Below are positions 24,881-34,076 of a DNA stretch of 35,973 bases, in pieces (positions within the stretch are counted from its first letter, which is position 1; each line of letters begins with the position of its first letter). The notes below the pieces were generated by a model that did not search any database, was not told the origin of the DNA, and was given only the letters and a program-made list of their open reading frames with translations. A program made the translations under genes and the position numbers. This DNA comes from Candidatus Methylomirabilia bacterium. GTDB taxonomy: Bacteria > Methylomirabilota > Methylomirabilia > Rokubacteriales > CSP1-6. The DNA is taken from NCBI GenBank assembly GCA_046758965.1, contig JBHIBG010000021.1, positions 1-35,973 on the forward strand, written 5' to 3'.

Positions 24881-26260
24881 TTAGGACCGCCCAAGGCCAT
24901 GGGCCTGGAGCTTGTAGAGGAGGGCCCGCCGGCTGATGCCGAGGAGCCGGGCCGCTTCGGTTCGGTTGTGGTTGGTCCGGGTCAGCGCCCGCTGAATGAG
25001 CCCCCGCTCCACCTCCCGGACCACCCTGGCAGTGGTCTCGGGAAGGGACTGGACGCTTTCGGGAAGGGCAACGGTCATCTCATCGCGTGGAGCCATGAGA
25101 TGCGGCGGAAGGTCCCGCTCGGTGATCGTGTCATCCTCGCTGAGCAGCGCGGCTCTCTCCAGCACGTGGTCTAGCTCGCGAACATTGCCCGGCCAGGGAT
25201 AATTCATGAGAATTCTGAGCGCGCTGGGTGAGAGGCGCTTGACCTTCCCTTCCCCGTCCGAGCGATCAAGGAAGTGTTCCACCAGCAGCGGGATATCCTC
25301 CCGCCGCTCGCGAACTGGCGGGAGGCGGATCGGGAATACGTGCAGGCGGTAATAGAGGTCCTCCCGGAAGGCGCTTTGGCGAACCTCCTCTTCGAGATCC
25401 CGGTTCGTGGCGGCAATGATCCGGACATCGACCTGGATCGTCCTGGTCTCGCCCACCCTCCGCATCTCGCCGTCCTGGAGCACCCGGAGGAGCTTGGCCT
25501 GGAGCCCGAGGGAAAGCTCCGCCACCTCGTCCAGGAACAGCGTGCCGCCGTGGGCCTCCTCAAAGAGGCCCCGCCTGGCAGCGATCGCCCCGGTGAAGGC
25601 GCCTCTGACATGCCCGAACAGCTCGGTCTCCTGGAGGGTTTCCGGAATCGCCCCGCAATCAATGACGACGAAGGGACCGGAGTTCCGCGGACTCGCAAAA
25701 TGGATGGCCTTCGCCACCAACTCCTTCCCGGTCCCGCTCTCCCCCTGGATCAGCACCGCACCGCGCCCGGGGGCCACCCTCTCGATCTGGGTGTAGACCT
25801 CCTGCATGGCTTTGCACTTCCCCACCAGGCCGCCGAAGCCGAACCGCTGCTCCACGATCCTTCGTAGATACCGCACCTCCCGCCTGAGCCTCATCCGCTC
25901 CAGGGCCCTATCCACTACTCCGAGGATTTCCCGGGCCCGAAACGGCTTGGTCACGTAGTCGAAGGCCCCCACCCGCATGGCCTCAATGGCCGAGGGGATG
26001 GTGCCGTAGGCAGTGATCATGACGACCGAGGCTTCGGAGAGGGTCTCGCGGATAGCCTTCAGCACCTCGAGCCCATCCGGCCCGGGGAGCTTCAGGTCGC
26101 ACAGCACGAGGTCGTAGCTCGCTTCTTTGAGCCGCTCGATGGCCTCGGTACCGGACCCGACGCCCTCCACCTCATACCCCTCGTGGGCGAGGAGTTTGGT
26201 CAGGAAGTGGACCATGTTCTCCTCGTCATCCACGACGAGGATCCGCTCGCGTTCGCTCAT
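24881..26260 (-). CDS. Sigma54-dependent response regulator (NtrC/AtoC family: REC-AAA+-Fis HTH)
   Basis: ILVVDDE, DLKLP, GESGTGKE, ELFGH..GAFTGA, LFLDEV, WPGNVREL and AARLLGISRRAL. Confidence 0.96.
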   Translation of the reverse strand: MSERERILVVDDEENMVHFLTKLLAHEGYEVEGVGSGTEAIERLKEASYDLVLCDLKLPGPDGLEVLKAIRETLSEASVVMITAYGTIPSAIEAMRVGAFDYVTKPFRAREILGVVDRALERMRLRREVRYLRRIVEQRFGFGGLVGKCKAMQEVYTQIERVAPGRGAVLIQGESGTGKELVAKAIHFASPRNSGPFVVIDCGAIPETLQETELFGHVRGAFTGAIAARRGLFEEAHGGTLFLDEVAELSLGLQAKLLRVLQDGEMRRVGETRTIQVDVRIIAATNRDLEEEVRQSAFREDLYYRLHVFPIRLPPVRERREDIPLLVEHFLDRSDGEGKVKRLSPSALRILMNYPWPGNVRELDHVLERAALLSEDDTITERDLPPHLMAPRDEMTVALPESVQSLPETTARVVREVERGLIQRALTRTNHNRTEAARLLGISRRALLYKLQAHGLGRS

Positions 26261-27843
26261 GCGCCCCCGGCTTTCTCGGAAGTGACCGGCTCGACCTGGG
26301 GTGCGACCTCCGCCAGGGGGAGGAGCACCCGAATAGTGGTCCCGACTCCGAGCTGGCTCTTCACGACCAGGGCCCCATGAACGGCCTCGATGAGGCTGTG
26401 GCAGATGGCGAGACCCAGGCCCGAGCCCTGGCCTCGCCCCTTGGTGGAGAAGAAGGGTTCAAAGATTCTCTCCAGATGGTCAGAGGGGATGCCGGGTCCC
26501 CGGTCGGCGATGGAGACGGAGACCACCTCCTGGGCCGGCGAGAAGGCGCGCCCCAGGCGGTAATCGCCATCCACCCACTGCCGCGCGAGGCCGGCACCGG
26601 TTCCGACCAGGATGGGTCCCCTTTCCGCCATCGCCTGGGCGGCGTTGAGCAGGAGGTTGAGAAGGATCTGCTGGAGGAGGAACTCGTCGGCCACCGCTCG
26701 CGGGGGCGAAGGGTCGAGTTCTTTGATCCACACGATCCTCTCGAACCCTTTCTGGGTCGTCACCAGCCCGAGGGTCTTCTCGACCACCTCGTTCACCTCC
26801 ACCGGCGCCAGCTGAGGCGGGCTGGGCCGGGCGTAGTCGAGCAACCCCTGGAGGATACGCTTGAGCCGGGTGATCTCGCCCGCAATCCGCTCGCTCCGTT
26901 CGCGGCACTCCGAGCGATCCTCCGGCCGGCCTCGGCAGAGGACCTGGAGGTCCAGGAGCCCGACGATGGAACCCAGAGGATTCCCAACCTCGTGGACGAT
27001 CCCCGCGGCGAACCGCCCGGCTGAAGCCAGCCGCTCGCTCTGGACGAGCTGGAACTGGGTCTGTTTCAGGCCATCGTAAGCCTCTCGAAGCTCTTCGGCG
27101 GTCCGCTCCAACGCCAGGTTCTGCTGGACAATGGTTTTCGAGGCCCTTCGGAACGTCAGCCAGAGGGCCACATAGAGCAGTGCCAGGCCAAAGAGGATCG
27201 CCCCCCACACGGTGAGCCGGAGAGTCCAGACCCTCTGGTACAGCGGGTCGATGGGGCTATAGATCTCGTAGGCTCCGATGACCGTGCGCGTTCCCTCGAG
27301 GAAGATCGGGATGTACACCTCGAAGAGGCGCGAATGCCCCGCCTGGCGCTCGGCGAAGTGCTCGGATCCCCGGAGATCGGAGAGCCCCACCACCGACTCG
27401 CCTCCCAGGGCCTTCCGGAGAGGAACGTTGCCCGGGAAGGACCGTCCAACAAGCTGCGGTTTGCGCGAGTGGTAGATGATGGTCCCACTCCGGTCGTAGA
27501 TCTTGATCGCCACCACGTTGGAGGTTAGGAAGTTCTCCCTGATCAGCCGGTCGAAGGCCTCGTACTCTTCCCCGGTCCTCACCTTGACAAACTCCTCCCC
27601 CGTGATGATGAAGCGCGCCACGTTCTTGAAGTAGTCGAGGGAGGCAAGGGTGGCCCGCTCCAGCATCTTCTTCTCCACGAGGTAGGTCAGGCCGGTCCCC
27701 AGGACGAGAGCTACGCCCACCCACAAGCCCGCGCTCAGGAGGGACAAGTTCCTGAAGAGGCGCGGCGTGAGTCTGGGCCCCGGACTGCGGGCAGACGTCA
27801 GGCCGATGAGCGAGTCAGAATCCCGTCCGGGCCCGGTATTCAT
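26257..27843 (-). CDS. Membrane sensor histidine kinase (NtrB-like HisKA, periplasmic Cache-like domain)
   Basis: Two TM helices flanking a periplasmic domain. H-box HEVGNPL, N-box NLLLNA, DRGPGI, FEPFFSTK and GSGLGL. ATGA-coupled to the regulator. Confidence 0.93.
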   Translation of the reverse strand: MNTGPGRDSDSLIGLTSARSPGPRLTPRLFRNLSLLSAGLWVGVALVLGTGLTYLVEKKMLERATLASLDYFKNVARFIITGEEFVKVRTGEEYEAFDRLIRENFLTSNVVAIKIYDRSGTIIYHSRKPQLVGRSFPGNVPLRKALGGESVVGLSDLRGSEHFAERQAGHSRLFEVYIPIFLEGTRTVIGAYEIYSPIDPLYQRVWTLRLTVWGAILFGLALLYVALWLTFRRASKTIVQQNLALERTAEELREAYDGLKQTQFQLVQSERLASAGRFAAGIVHEVGNPLGSIVGLLDLQVLCRGRPEDRSECRERSERIAGEITRLKRILQGLLDYARPSPPQLAPVEVNEVVEKTLGLVTTQKGFERIVWIKELDPSPPRAVADEFLLQQILLNLLLNAAQAMAERGPILVGTGAGLARQWVDGDYRLGRAFSPAQEVVSVSIADRGPGIPSDHLERIFEPFFSTKGRGQGSGLGLAICHSLIEAVHGALVVKSQLGVGTTIRVLLPLAEVAPQVEPVTSEKAGGA

Positions 27844-28243
27844 CCATGAGCTCAGGGGTCACAACGCTCACTCCCCGCTCCCGAGCGTAGCGCGAAACCG
27901 CCCTCCGGGCCATGTTCCGAGCGAGTGGAGGCAGGCGCAGGAGGCGGGCCTCCGCCGCCTCCGACCAGGCCAGGCCTTGCTCCCTCCCGACTTCAAGCGC
28001 CCCCTCCCGTTGCTGGCTTACCATCGCCCCGACGACCTCCAGAGGCTCGGGAGGAACCTGGCGCCCGCCGATCTTCACCCCCAGAGCCTGAACGAGCTGC
28101 GTCTCAACAGGGTTGGTGAGCATGGCGATCCGGTGGCCGCAGCCCGGGCACCCGAAGGTCACGGTGACCGACCCCTCGTCGGGTCCTTCCACTGAGCGAA
28201 GCTGCATGGCCTCATCGCACGCGACACAGAGGAATTTCATCAC
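27815..28243 (-). CDS. Zn-ribbon (CxxC...CxxC) plus PCP_red-like helical domain protein
   Basis: CVAC...CPGC, then W..AAEARL..LP..AR..AR..V..YARE.G...VT.ELM. GTGA-coupled to mrp. Confidence 0.75.
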   Translation of the reverse strand: MMKFLCVACDEAMQLRSVEGPDEGSVTVTFGCPGCGHRIAMLTNPVETQLVQALGVKIGGRQVPPEPLEVVGAMVSQQREGALEVGREQGLAWSEAAEARLLRLPPLARNMARRAVSRYARERGVSVVTPELMDEYRARTGF

Positions 28244-29136
28244 TCCGCTCCTGCCAGCGAGAGCTCGGCACGGAGCCGGGCGGATAGCTCTCGAACTGCC
28301 TGACCCGCGGCAGTCTCTGGAAATTCCACGACGTAGGGGCTCCCCCGATCGGCGCAGCGCGCAATCCGGGGGTCGAAAGGGATCCTCGCGAGCCGCTCAA
28401 GCCCTGTGGCCTCAGCTAGGGCACGGCTATCTCCCCCGAAGAGGTCTCCCACGGCGCCGCACGCCGAACAGAGGTAGCCCGCCATGTTCTCCACCAGCCC
28501 CAGGAGCCTCACGCCATGGGCCTTGGCCAACTCCACCGACCGCCCGACGACGAGGTGGGAAACCTCGGACGGGATTGTGACGACCAGCGCCCCATCGAGA
28601 TCAAGACTGAGCCCCGCGAGGGCGGGCAGCCTTGGTGCGCCGGGAGGCAAGTCCAATAGCAGGAGATCGAGTTCTCCCCAGGCCGTGTCGGAGAGGAACT
28701 CCCTGAGAGCGGTCACCTCCATGGTCTCGCGCCACACAAAGGCGTCCTGCTGGGTCGGGGCCTCCCACGTGAGAGGGACCCGGTCCTCAGGCAAGAACAG
28801 GTCCATGGAGAGCACCTTCACCCCCAGAGGTCCCTCCGCGGGGTGAAGCCCCTCGGGCGAGACCCTCAGGCGCTGGCCTCGAACGCCGAGAACCTTGGCC
28901 ATGGAGGGCCCGTTGAGGTCAGCGTCCAGCACTCCCACTCGCCACCCCTCGGCCGCCAGAACCACGGCCAGGTTGGCGGTGACAACGCTCTTGCCGACAC
29001 CTCCTTTTCCGCTCGTGACCGCCACCCTCTTCCGGACCCGTGCCATCCTGGCCCGGACGCGGCTCCCGATCTCCTCAACCTGGGCCAGGATGTTCGAGCC
29101 CCCGTCGCCCACGATGTCTCTGTACCGTTTAGGCAT
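28240..29136 (-). CDS. mrp: Mrp/ApbC/NBP35 family P-loop ATPase (Fe-S carrier)
   Basis: SGKGGVGKS, LDADLNGPS, WGELD.LLLDLPPG, VENM...CSAC and IPFDP. Confidence 0.92.
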   Translation of the reverse strand: MPKRYRDIVGDGGSNILAQVEEIGSRVRARMARVRKRVAVTSGKGGVGKSVVTANLAVVLAAEGWRVGVLDADLNGPSMAKVLGVRGQRLRVSPEGLHPAEGPLGVKVLSMDLFLPEDRVPLTWEAPTQQDAFVWRETMEVTALREFLSDTAWGELDLLLLDLPPGAPRLPALAGLSLDLDGALVVTIPSEVSHLVVGRSVELAKAHGVRLLGLVENMAGYLCSACGAVGDLFGGDSRALAEATGLERLARIPFDPRIARCADRGSPYVVEFPETAAGQAVRELSARLRAELSLAGAE

Positions 29137-29434
29137 CCTTAGTCGGCCTTCCTTTCCCTGCTCTCAGATGTCGTCAAAGGCCAGGCTGGTCAAGCGCCTG
29201 GTCCGCCCTCCGCACTGCAGGGCATCGAGGCGTCGTCGAGGGAGTTAGTCTGAACGGTTTCGGACCCCCACGTTGCTGGGTACTTTGACCGTTCGGGTGG
29301 CCTTAGATCCAGGAGCGTTTGACTCAATTCGATGATCCGATCGTACTAGCCGCATACTTTCTGCTCCGAGGTCGTGTCGTGCCTGATACAGACGCACTAT
29401 AAAAATAGGCATCCGTGGGGTTGTATGCGGCCGG

Positions 29435-29703
29435 AAGGCGTCCTGCTGGGTCAAGGCCTTCCACAGGAGGGGCACCCGGTCCTGACGCAAGCACAGGTCG
29501 CATGGAGAGGACCTTAACCCCCAGAGTCCCTCCGCGGGGTGAAGCTCCTCGGCAGAGAGCCTGAGCCGTTGGCCTCGGACTCCGAGGACGTTGGCCATGG
29601 TGGGCCCGTCGAGGTCGGTGTCCAGCACTCCCACCCGCCACCCCTCGGCCGCCGGAACCGCGGCCAGGTTGGCACTGAAGACGCTCTTGCCGACGCCCCT
29701 CCG
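29435..29703 (-). pseudogene. Frameshifted partial duplicate of mrp
   Basis: Colinear with about 28739..29006 (GVGKSV..ANLA....AEGWRVGVLD.DL.GP.MA.VLGVRGQRL...TQQDAF). Has indels and lacks a start and C-terminus. Confidence 0.85.
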
Positions 29704-29721
29704 TCAAAGACAACTCGCTCA

Positions 29722-30378
29722 CTACGCATCAGTGGGCGGCACGAGTCCGTGCTTCACCGCGTAAATAGCTGCCTGAACTCGATTCTCGAGGTGAAGCTTC
29801 TCCATGATGTTACCTAGGTGCTTCTTCACCGTCGCCTCGCTGATCGACAGCTCGGCCGCAATTTCCTTATTGGCCTGGCCACGGGCCAGGAACTCGAGGA
29901 TTTGGCGCTCCCGCGTGGTGAGCCCGGTCCCAGAGCGCAGCTCCTCGCGCACCGTGCGTGCGAACTCCGTCAAGATCTTGGCCGCGGTGGACCGGGAGAT
30001 GGGAGGCTCGCCGCGCGAGATACCACGAAGAATCTCCAAGAGCTCCTCCGGCTTGATGTCCTTCAGTAGATATCCTTCGGCCCCAGCCTTGACGGCCTCG
30101 AAGACGTGTCGGTCTTCCGCGGCGACGGTAAGGATCACGATCTTCACGCGGGGCAGCTCCGCTTTGATCTGCTTCGTGGCCTCGAAGCCATTGAGCTCCG
30201 GCATGTAAATGTCCATAAGGATCAGGTCGGGGAGGAGTTCCCGGGCCTTTTCAACCGCCTCCTTGCCATCCGAGGCCATTCCCACCACCTTAAGGCCCTC
30301 CTTCCTGGTCAGGAAGTTCGCCAGGCTCTCGCGGAACAACGTCTGGTCATCGGCCAGAAGGATACGGATAGGATCCAC
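29722..30378 (-). CDS. NarL/FixJ (LuxR-HTH) family response regulator
   Basis: ILLADD, LMDIYMP, GYLLKD and LTTRERQIL...NKEIAAEL.ISEATVKKH. Confidence 0.96.
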   Translation of the reverse strand: MDPIRILLADDQTLFRESLANFLTRKEGLKVVGMASDGKEAVEKARELLPDLILMDIYMPELNGFEATKQIKAELPRVKIVILTVAAEDRHVFEAVKAGAEGYLLKDIKPEELLEILRGISRGEPPISRSTAAKILTEFARTVREELRSGTGLTTRERQILEFLARGQANKEIAAELSISEATVKKHLGNIMEKLHLENRVQAAIYAVKHGLVPPTDA

Positions 30379-30387
30379 GGCTGACGC

Positions 30388-32346
30388 TCAGCGGTTGAGG
30401 GGGAGCCGGATCCTGACCTTCGTCCCCCGGCCGGGTGCTGAGTGGATCTGCAAGTCGCCCCCCACGGAGCGCGCCCGCTCCCGCATCGTCTGAAGGCCGA
30501 AGCCCCGGCGCCCCCCTGCGGAAGCAACCGTCGGGTCGAAGCCCCGGCCGTCGTCCCCGACCTCCACCTCAAGGTGGTCCGTGCCGGTCACCACGGTGAC
30601 CCAGGCCCGGGTGGCCGAGGAATGCTTCCGACTGTTGGCCAGAGCCTCCTGAAGGATGCGCACCAATTGGATTTCGGCATCCGGGGCCACACGAACTTCC
30701 CCCTCGCCCTCGACCCGCAGGTCTACCGGAAGGCCACTCCCGAGGCTGAAGTCGTGCAGGTACTCCCCCAGGGTGGGAATGAGGCCGAGCTGCCGGGTCA
30801 CCATCATGCGGAGCCCGAAGATCGCCTGTCGGACTTCCTGATAGGCCTTATGGGCGATACCCTCGATCTCGGTGAGGGCGTGGCGCTCGGACATATCGTC
30901 GGCGCGCGCCTTGACCAAGATCACTCCCAGCGCCTGGGCCAGCCCATCGTGCATCTCCCGGGCTAGGCGCTCACGCTCCTCCAACACGGCGGCAGTCTGA
31001 GCCTGAGCGTAAAGCTGCGCGTTTTCGATGGCGACCGCCGCGAGATGGGCGACGCTGCTCAGCAGCACGAGGTAATCATCGTCAAAGCGTCGCGGCGCGC
31101 GGTACGACGCGAGAAGGACGCCGATGACATCTTTGCCGCGGCGGAGCGGCACGGCGGCTGCTGACGCCACTTCGTACGAGGTCAGGAAAGGGTCGAGCCC
31201 ACCGCCGGGCACGATCTCCGCCGCCTCCTCGATCACCAGCGGCTGGCCCTCGCTCAGGACGCGTCCGGCGAGCCCCTCCCCCGACTTCAGACGGATCTGG
31301 CCTGGCGCCTGGCCAGCCGGGCCCAAACCCCTCCACACGACGTCCCCCGTCTCCCCGTCGGCGAGCGCGAGCCCGACGAGGTCCGCGCCAGTCAGGCGCC
31401 GCGTGTGAGCGAGAGTCGACTCGATGACGGGGGTTAAGCGCAGGAGCGCCGAAATCTCGGTGCCCATGCGGTAGAGCACTTCGGCCTCTCTGACCTTGCG
31501 CTCCAGCCGCTGGTTGACGGCCCGCAACTGCCGCTCGTGCTCGCTGAGCTGGCGCGCCATGACGTTGAATGAGTGCGCGAGCTGTCCAATCTCGTCGCTC
31601 GAGGCGACCTTCACCCGTTGACCGAAGTCCCCACGGGCGATCGCCAGCGCCGAGGCCCCCATCTCCTTGAGCGGCAAGACCACCGCCCGGCGCACGAGCC
31701 GGCTCGCACTGGCGAGAAGCAGGCTCCCGAGGATCAGAAAGGCCAGGTAGAGAGCAGCGATGAGACGCATTCGGTCCTGGCTGCTCTCGATGAGGCGCTT
31801 GATCTTGATCTGGTGGATCTCGTTCATGGCGCTGGCCTGGAGCGGCATGGTTTGAATCAGAAGCGAAAGGCGCTCGAGGTCGCTGCCAGAAGTCGGTGTT
31901 CCGCCCGCCACCGCGCCCACGATCTCCTCCGACAGGAAGATCAATGCTGACACCGTTTCTCGCGTCTGCCGGTACGCCTGCAGCTCTTTCTCTCTCTCGG
32001 GAAAGTTTCCCGCCTGTCGCTCCAGCTCCTCGTACTGGGCCATTCGGAGCCGAACGGTCCCGACCAGGTCCGCGTAAAACGATGGCTCCCGGACTTCTCC
32101 GCGGATGAGGGCGTCCCGGATTGCCGCCGCCACGTGGTGAAGGGCCACGTGGATCCCGTCCGTGACCTCGATGTGTCGCGTCTGTTCCTGGACCTCGGTG
32201 GTGCTCCGGTAGATGGAGTAGGCAGAGAGGAGTGAGACCGCCCCGACGAGGAGCACCAGGCCGTACCCGAGCGCCAGCGCGAGGCTCAGCCGCTTCCCGA
32301 TCCTGCCGGGAAACTGCCGCCTGACCTCGTTCTCGTCCGAAAGCAA
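30388..32346 (-). CDS. Sensor histidine kinase with TM-4HB-TM-HAMP-GAF-HisKA_3-HATPase (NarX/NarQ-like architecture)
   Basis: HAMP DEIGQLAHSFNVM, a GAF domain, ERERLAREMHDGLAQ, QEALAN..KHS, DDGRGF and FGLQTMRER. TTG at 32346 has a GGAGG RBS; the track's 32559 start runs into degenerate DNA. Confidence 0.92.
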   Translation of the reverse strand: MLSDENEVRRQFPGRIGKRLSLALALGYGLVLLVGAVSLLSAYSIYRSTTEVQEQTRHIEVTDGIHVALHHVAAAIRDALIRGEVREPSFYADLVGTVRLRMAQYEELERQAGNFPEREKELQAYRQTRETVSALIFLSEEIVGAVAGGTPTSGSDLERLSLLIQTMPLQASAMNEIHQIKIKRLIESSQDRMRLIAALYLAFLILGSLLLASASRLVRRAVVLPLKEMGASALAIARGDFGQRVKVASSDEIGQLAHSFNVMARQLSEHERQLRAVNQRLERKVREAEVLYRMGTEISALLRLTPVIESTLAHTRRLTGADLVGLALADGETGDVVWRGLGPAGQAPGQIRLKSGEGLAGRVLSEGQPLVIEEAAEIVPGGGLDPFLTSYEVASAAAVPLRRGKDVIGVLLASYRAPRRFDDDYLVLLSSVAHLAAVAIENAQLYAQAQTAAVLEERERLAREMHDGLAQALGVILVKARADDMSERHALTEIEGIAHKAYQEVRQAIFGLRMMVTRQLGLIPTLGEYLHDFSLGSGLPVDLRVEGEGEVRVAPDAEIQLVRILQEALANSRKHSSATRAWVTVVTGTDHLEVEVGDDGRGFDPTVASAGGRRGFGLQTMRERARSVGGDLQIHSAPGRGTKVRIRLPLNR

Positions 32347-32594
32347 AAGACCCGCCTCCCCTCGCACGAAGCTCAGGCCTGGACAATTATACTCCCCCGG
32401 CTTACGGGAGGGCGACCGCGTGCCTGGGTGCAGGTGGGCTCGGTCCTCCCAGCCTTCACGCCCGGGAGGACGAGCCTTACGCGGAAATTCCGGGCATTCT
32501 TCAGAGTGGGAGCCGAAGGCCCGTCTCCCCGCCCCTCCTCCCCGTGGCGCTCCTACCACTTCATCTCTCGGTAGCTCTCACCCCCTCGCCGCGC

Positions 32595-32850
32595 CCTGCG
32601 TAGTTCAGAGCTTGAAGCTCCGCCTGGTGAAATCGCGCGGCCGGGGGAAGAGAAACTCCGCGGCCGGGCCATCCTCCCCCTCCCTTCCGGGCCATGGCAG
32701 CCGGCACAGCGGCGCTCACAGAGGGCCTACCCCTCTCGGGGTTGCCGGTGAGTCCGGGCCGGCCGGATGACAAGGGGGCTAACGCTGAGGAAGAAGCTCA
32801 AGGCAAGCGCAGAAAGGCCTCGCGCCCGAACCTCTGCCTGGACGGATCAA
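32595..32850 (-). pseudogene. Degenerate 5' fragment of a cytochrome c gene (copy of about 19130..19381)
   Basis: Homologous frames read ALALSFFLSVSPLVIRPAR..QP.EG*ALCERRCAGCHG / DGPAAEFLFPRPRDFT..SFKL*TT, with two stops and frameshifts. Confidence 0.85.
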
Positions 32851-32886
32851 CGGCATCTCCACGAAGAGGAACCCCCGGGGGAGGCG

Positions 32887-33066
32887 TCAGGGCGTTCCGC
32901 GGCAGATGAGGTGATGGGTGCCCAGCGTCCCCTCTTGCCTCCCCGGCGAATCCTGTTTCCTGGCTTCAAACTCTATGTACCCGTCGAAGGTCATCTCTTG
33001 GGGCCGGGCCGGCGCACCGAACAGCAGCACGGGACCCAGCGCCACAACCCCTCCCCTCATTTTCAC
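32887..33066 (-). pseudogene. 59-codon porin-start/VCBS-end fusion remnant
   Basis: AAGGAGG RBS, then MKMRGGVVALG...QEMTFDGYIEFEARKQDSPGRQEGTLGTHH (porin N-terminus) joined to LICRGTP* (VCBS C-terminus LISRGTP*). Confidence 0.85.
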
Positions 33067-33220
33067 GAGGCGCTCCTCCTTCGCTTGAGCCCGTGCGATG
33101 GTGCCCAGGGACTCGTCTGATCCCCGCTACGCTCTCTCGCCTCTCGCCCGCCTCGCCTTCCCACCCCCCTCCGGATTTCCGTTCCTCGATGCACGTTGAC
33201 GGCCTATCTCCGGGAACGGA

Positions 33221-33844
33221 TCAAAAACGCTTGGACAGGATTTCGTCAACCCGCCGAGCCGCCGCCCGGAACCGGTCGGGATCCGGAGGCTTGTTCCCGA
33301 AGCCAAAGGCCGCCGGGCGCCCGAGGGCTTTCAAAGCCTCTTTGAAGGTCTTCCGCACTGCCGCGTCGTCCGCCGGCTCCGCGTTCTTCACCAGAGGGGC
33401 CAGGATGGCGTAGTACTGCTTGGCATGCCCCAGGAGGGCCTTCGCCTTCCCGAACTCCCCCAGACGGGCCTCGGCATTTTCGAGGTTGTGCCTGATCAGG
33501 AAAAAGAAGATCCGGTGAAACCCTTCGAGCAGGGATTTGGCGTGGTGGCTCTGATCCGCCCCCGCGCGCCCCGCCCGGATGGCGGCTTCCATGGGGCGCA
33601 GGAGACCCGCGCTGTACTCCTCGTCCATCTTCGCCACTACACTCCTGATCTTGCCGAACCGCTTCTCGACCTCCTTCCACCGTATCGGGCTGGCTTTCAA
33701 GGCCCTATTGACTGCCTTGTAGGCCTGGATGACCGGATCCTTTGCCGCCCCGTTGCCATGCCCCCAGGACCAGGGGACACGAACGACGCCGGTAACCCCG
33801 AGTATGAGGACCACCACAAGCCAGAGTCCGTATCGTCCTTTCAC
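33221..33844 (-). CDS. Secreted alpha-helical protein of unknown function (copy 2)
   Basis: GGAGGAG RBS before GTG at 33844. Intact ORF colinear with 22322..22945 (KDPVIQAYKA, ALGRP.AFGFG.KPPDPDRF). Confidence 0.8.
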   Translation of the reverse strand: MKGRYGLWLVVVLILGVTGVVRVPWSWGHGNGAAKDPVIQAYKAVNRALKASPIRWKEVEKRFGKIRSVVAKMDEEYSAGLLRPMEAAIRAGRAGADQSHHAKSLLEGFHRIFFFLIRHNLENAEARLGEFGKAKALLGHAKQYYAILAPLVKNAEPADDAAVRKTFKEALKALGRPAAFGFGNKPPDPDRFRAAARRVDEILSKRF

Positions 33845-34076
33845 GCTCCTCCCTCCCATCTTTGGCTTTTCACCCCGCTCGGACACCCTCGGCCCCCACG
33901 TTGGGCGAGCGTCCGCCGCTACGTGAGCGTCTTTGTGATCACCCGACCCCGAATCGGTGGGCCTGACTAAACTTACTCGTGGTGCTGAGCCGCTCCGGGA
34001 CCCGTCAACCGAAACTCGACCCAGTCGTCACGTGACTCGGGACGCACGTCGTCCCCCACGCGTCGCCGGGCTGCAC

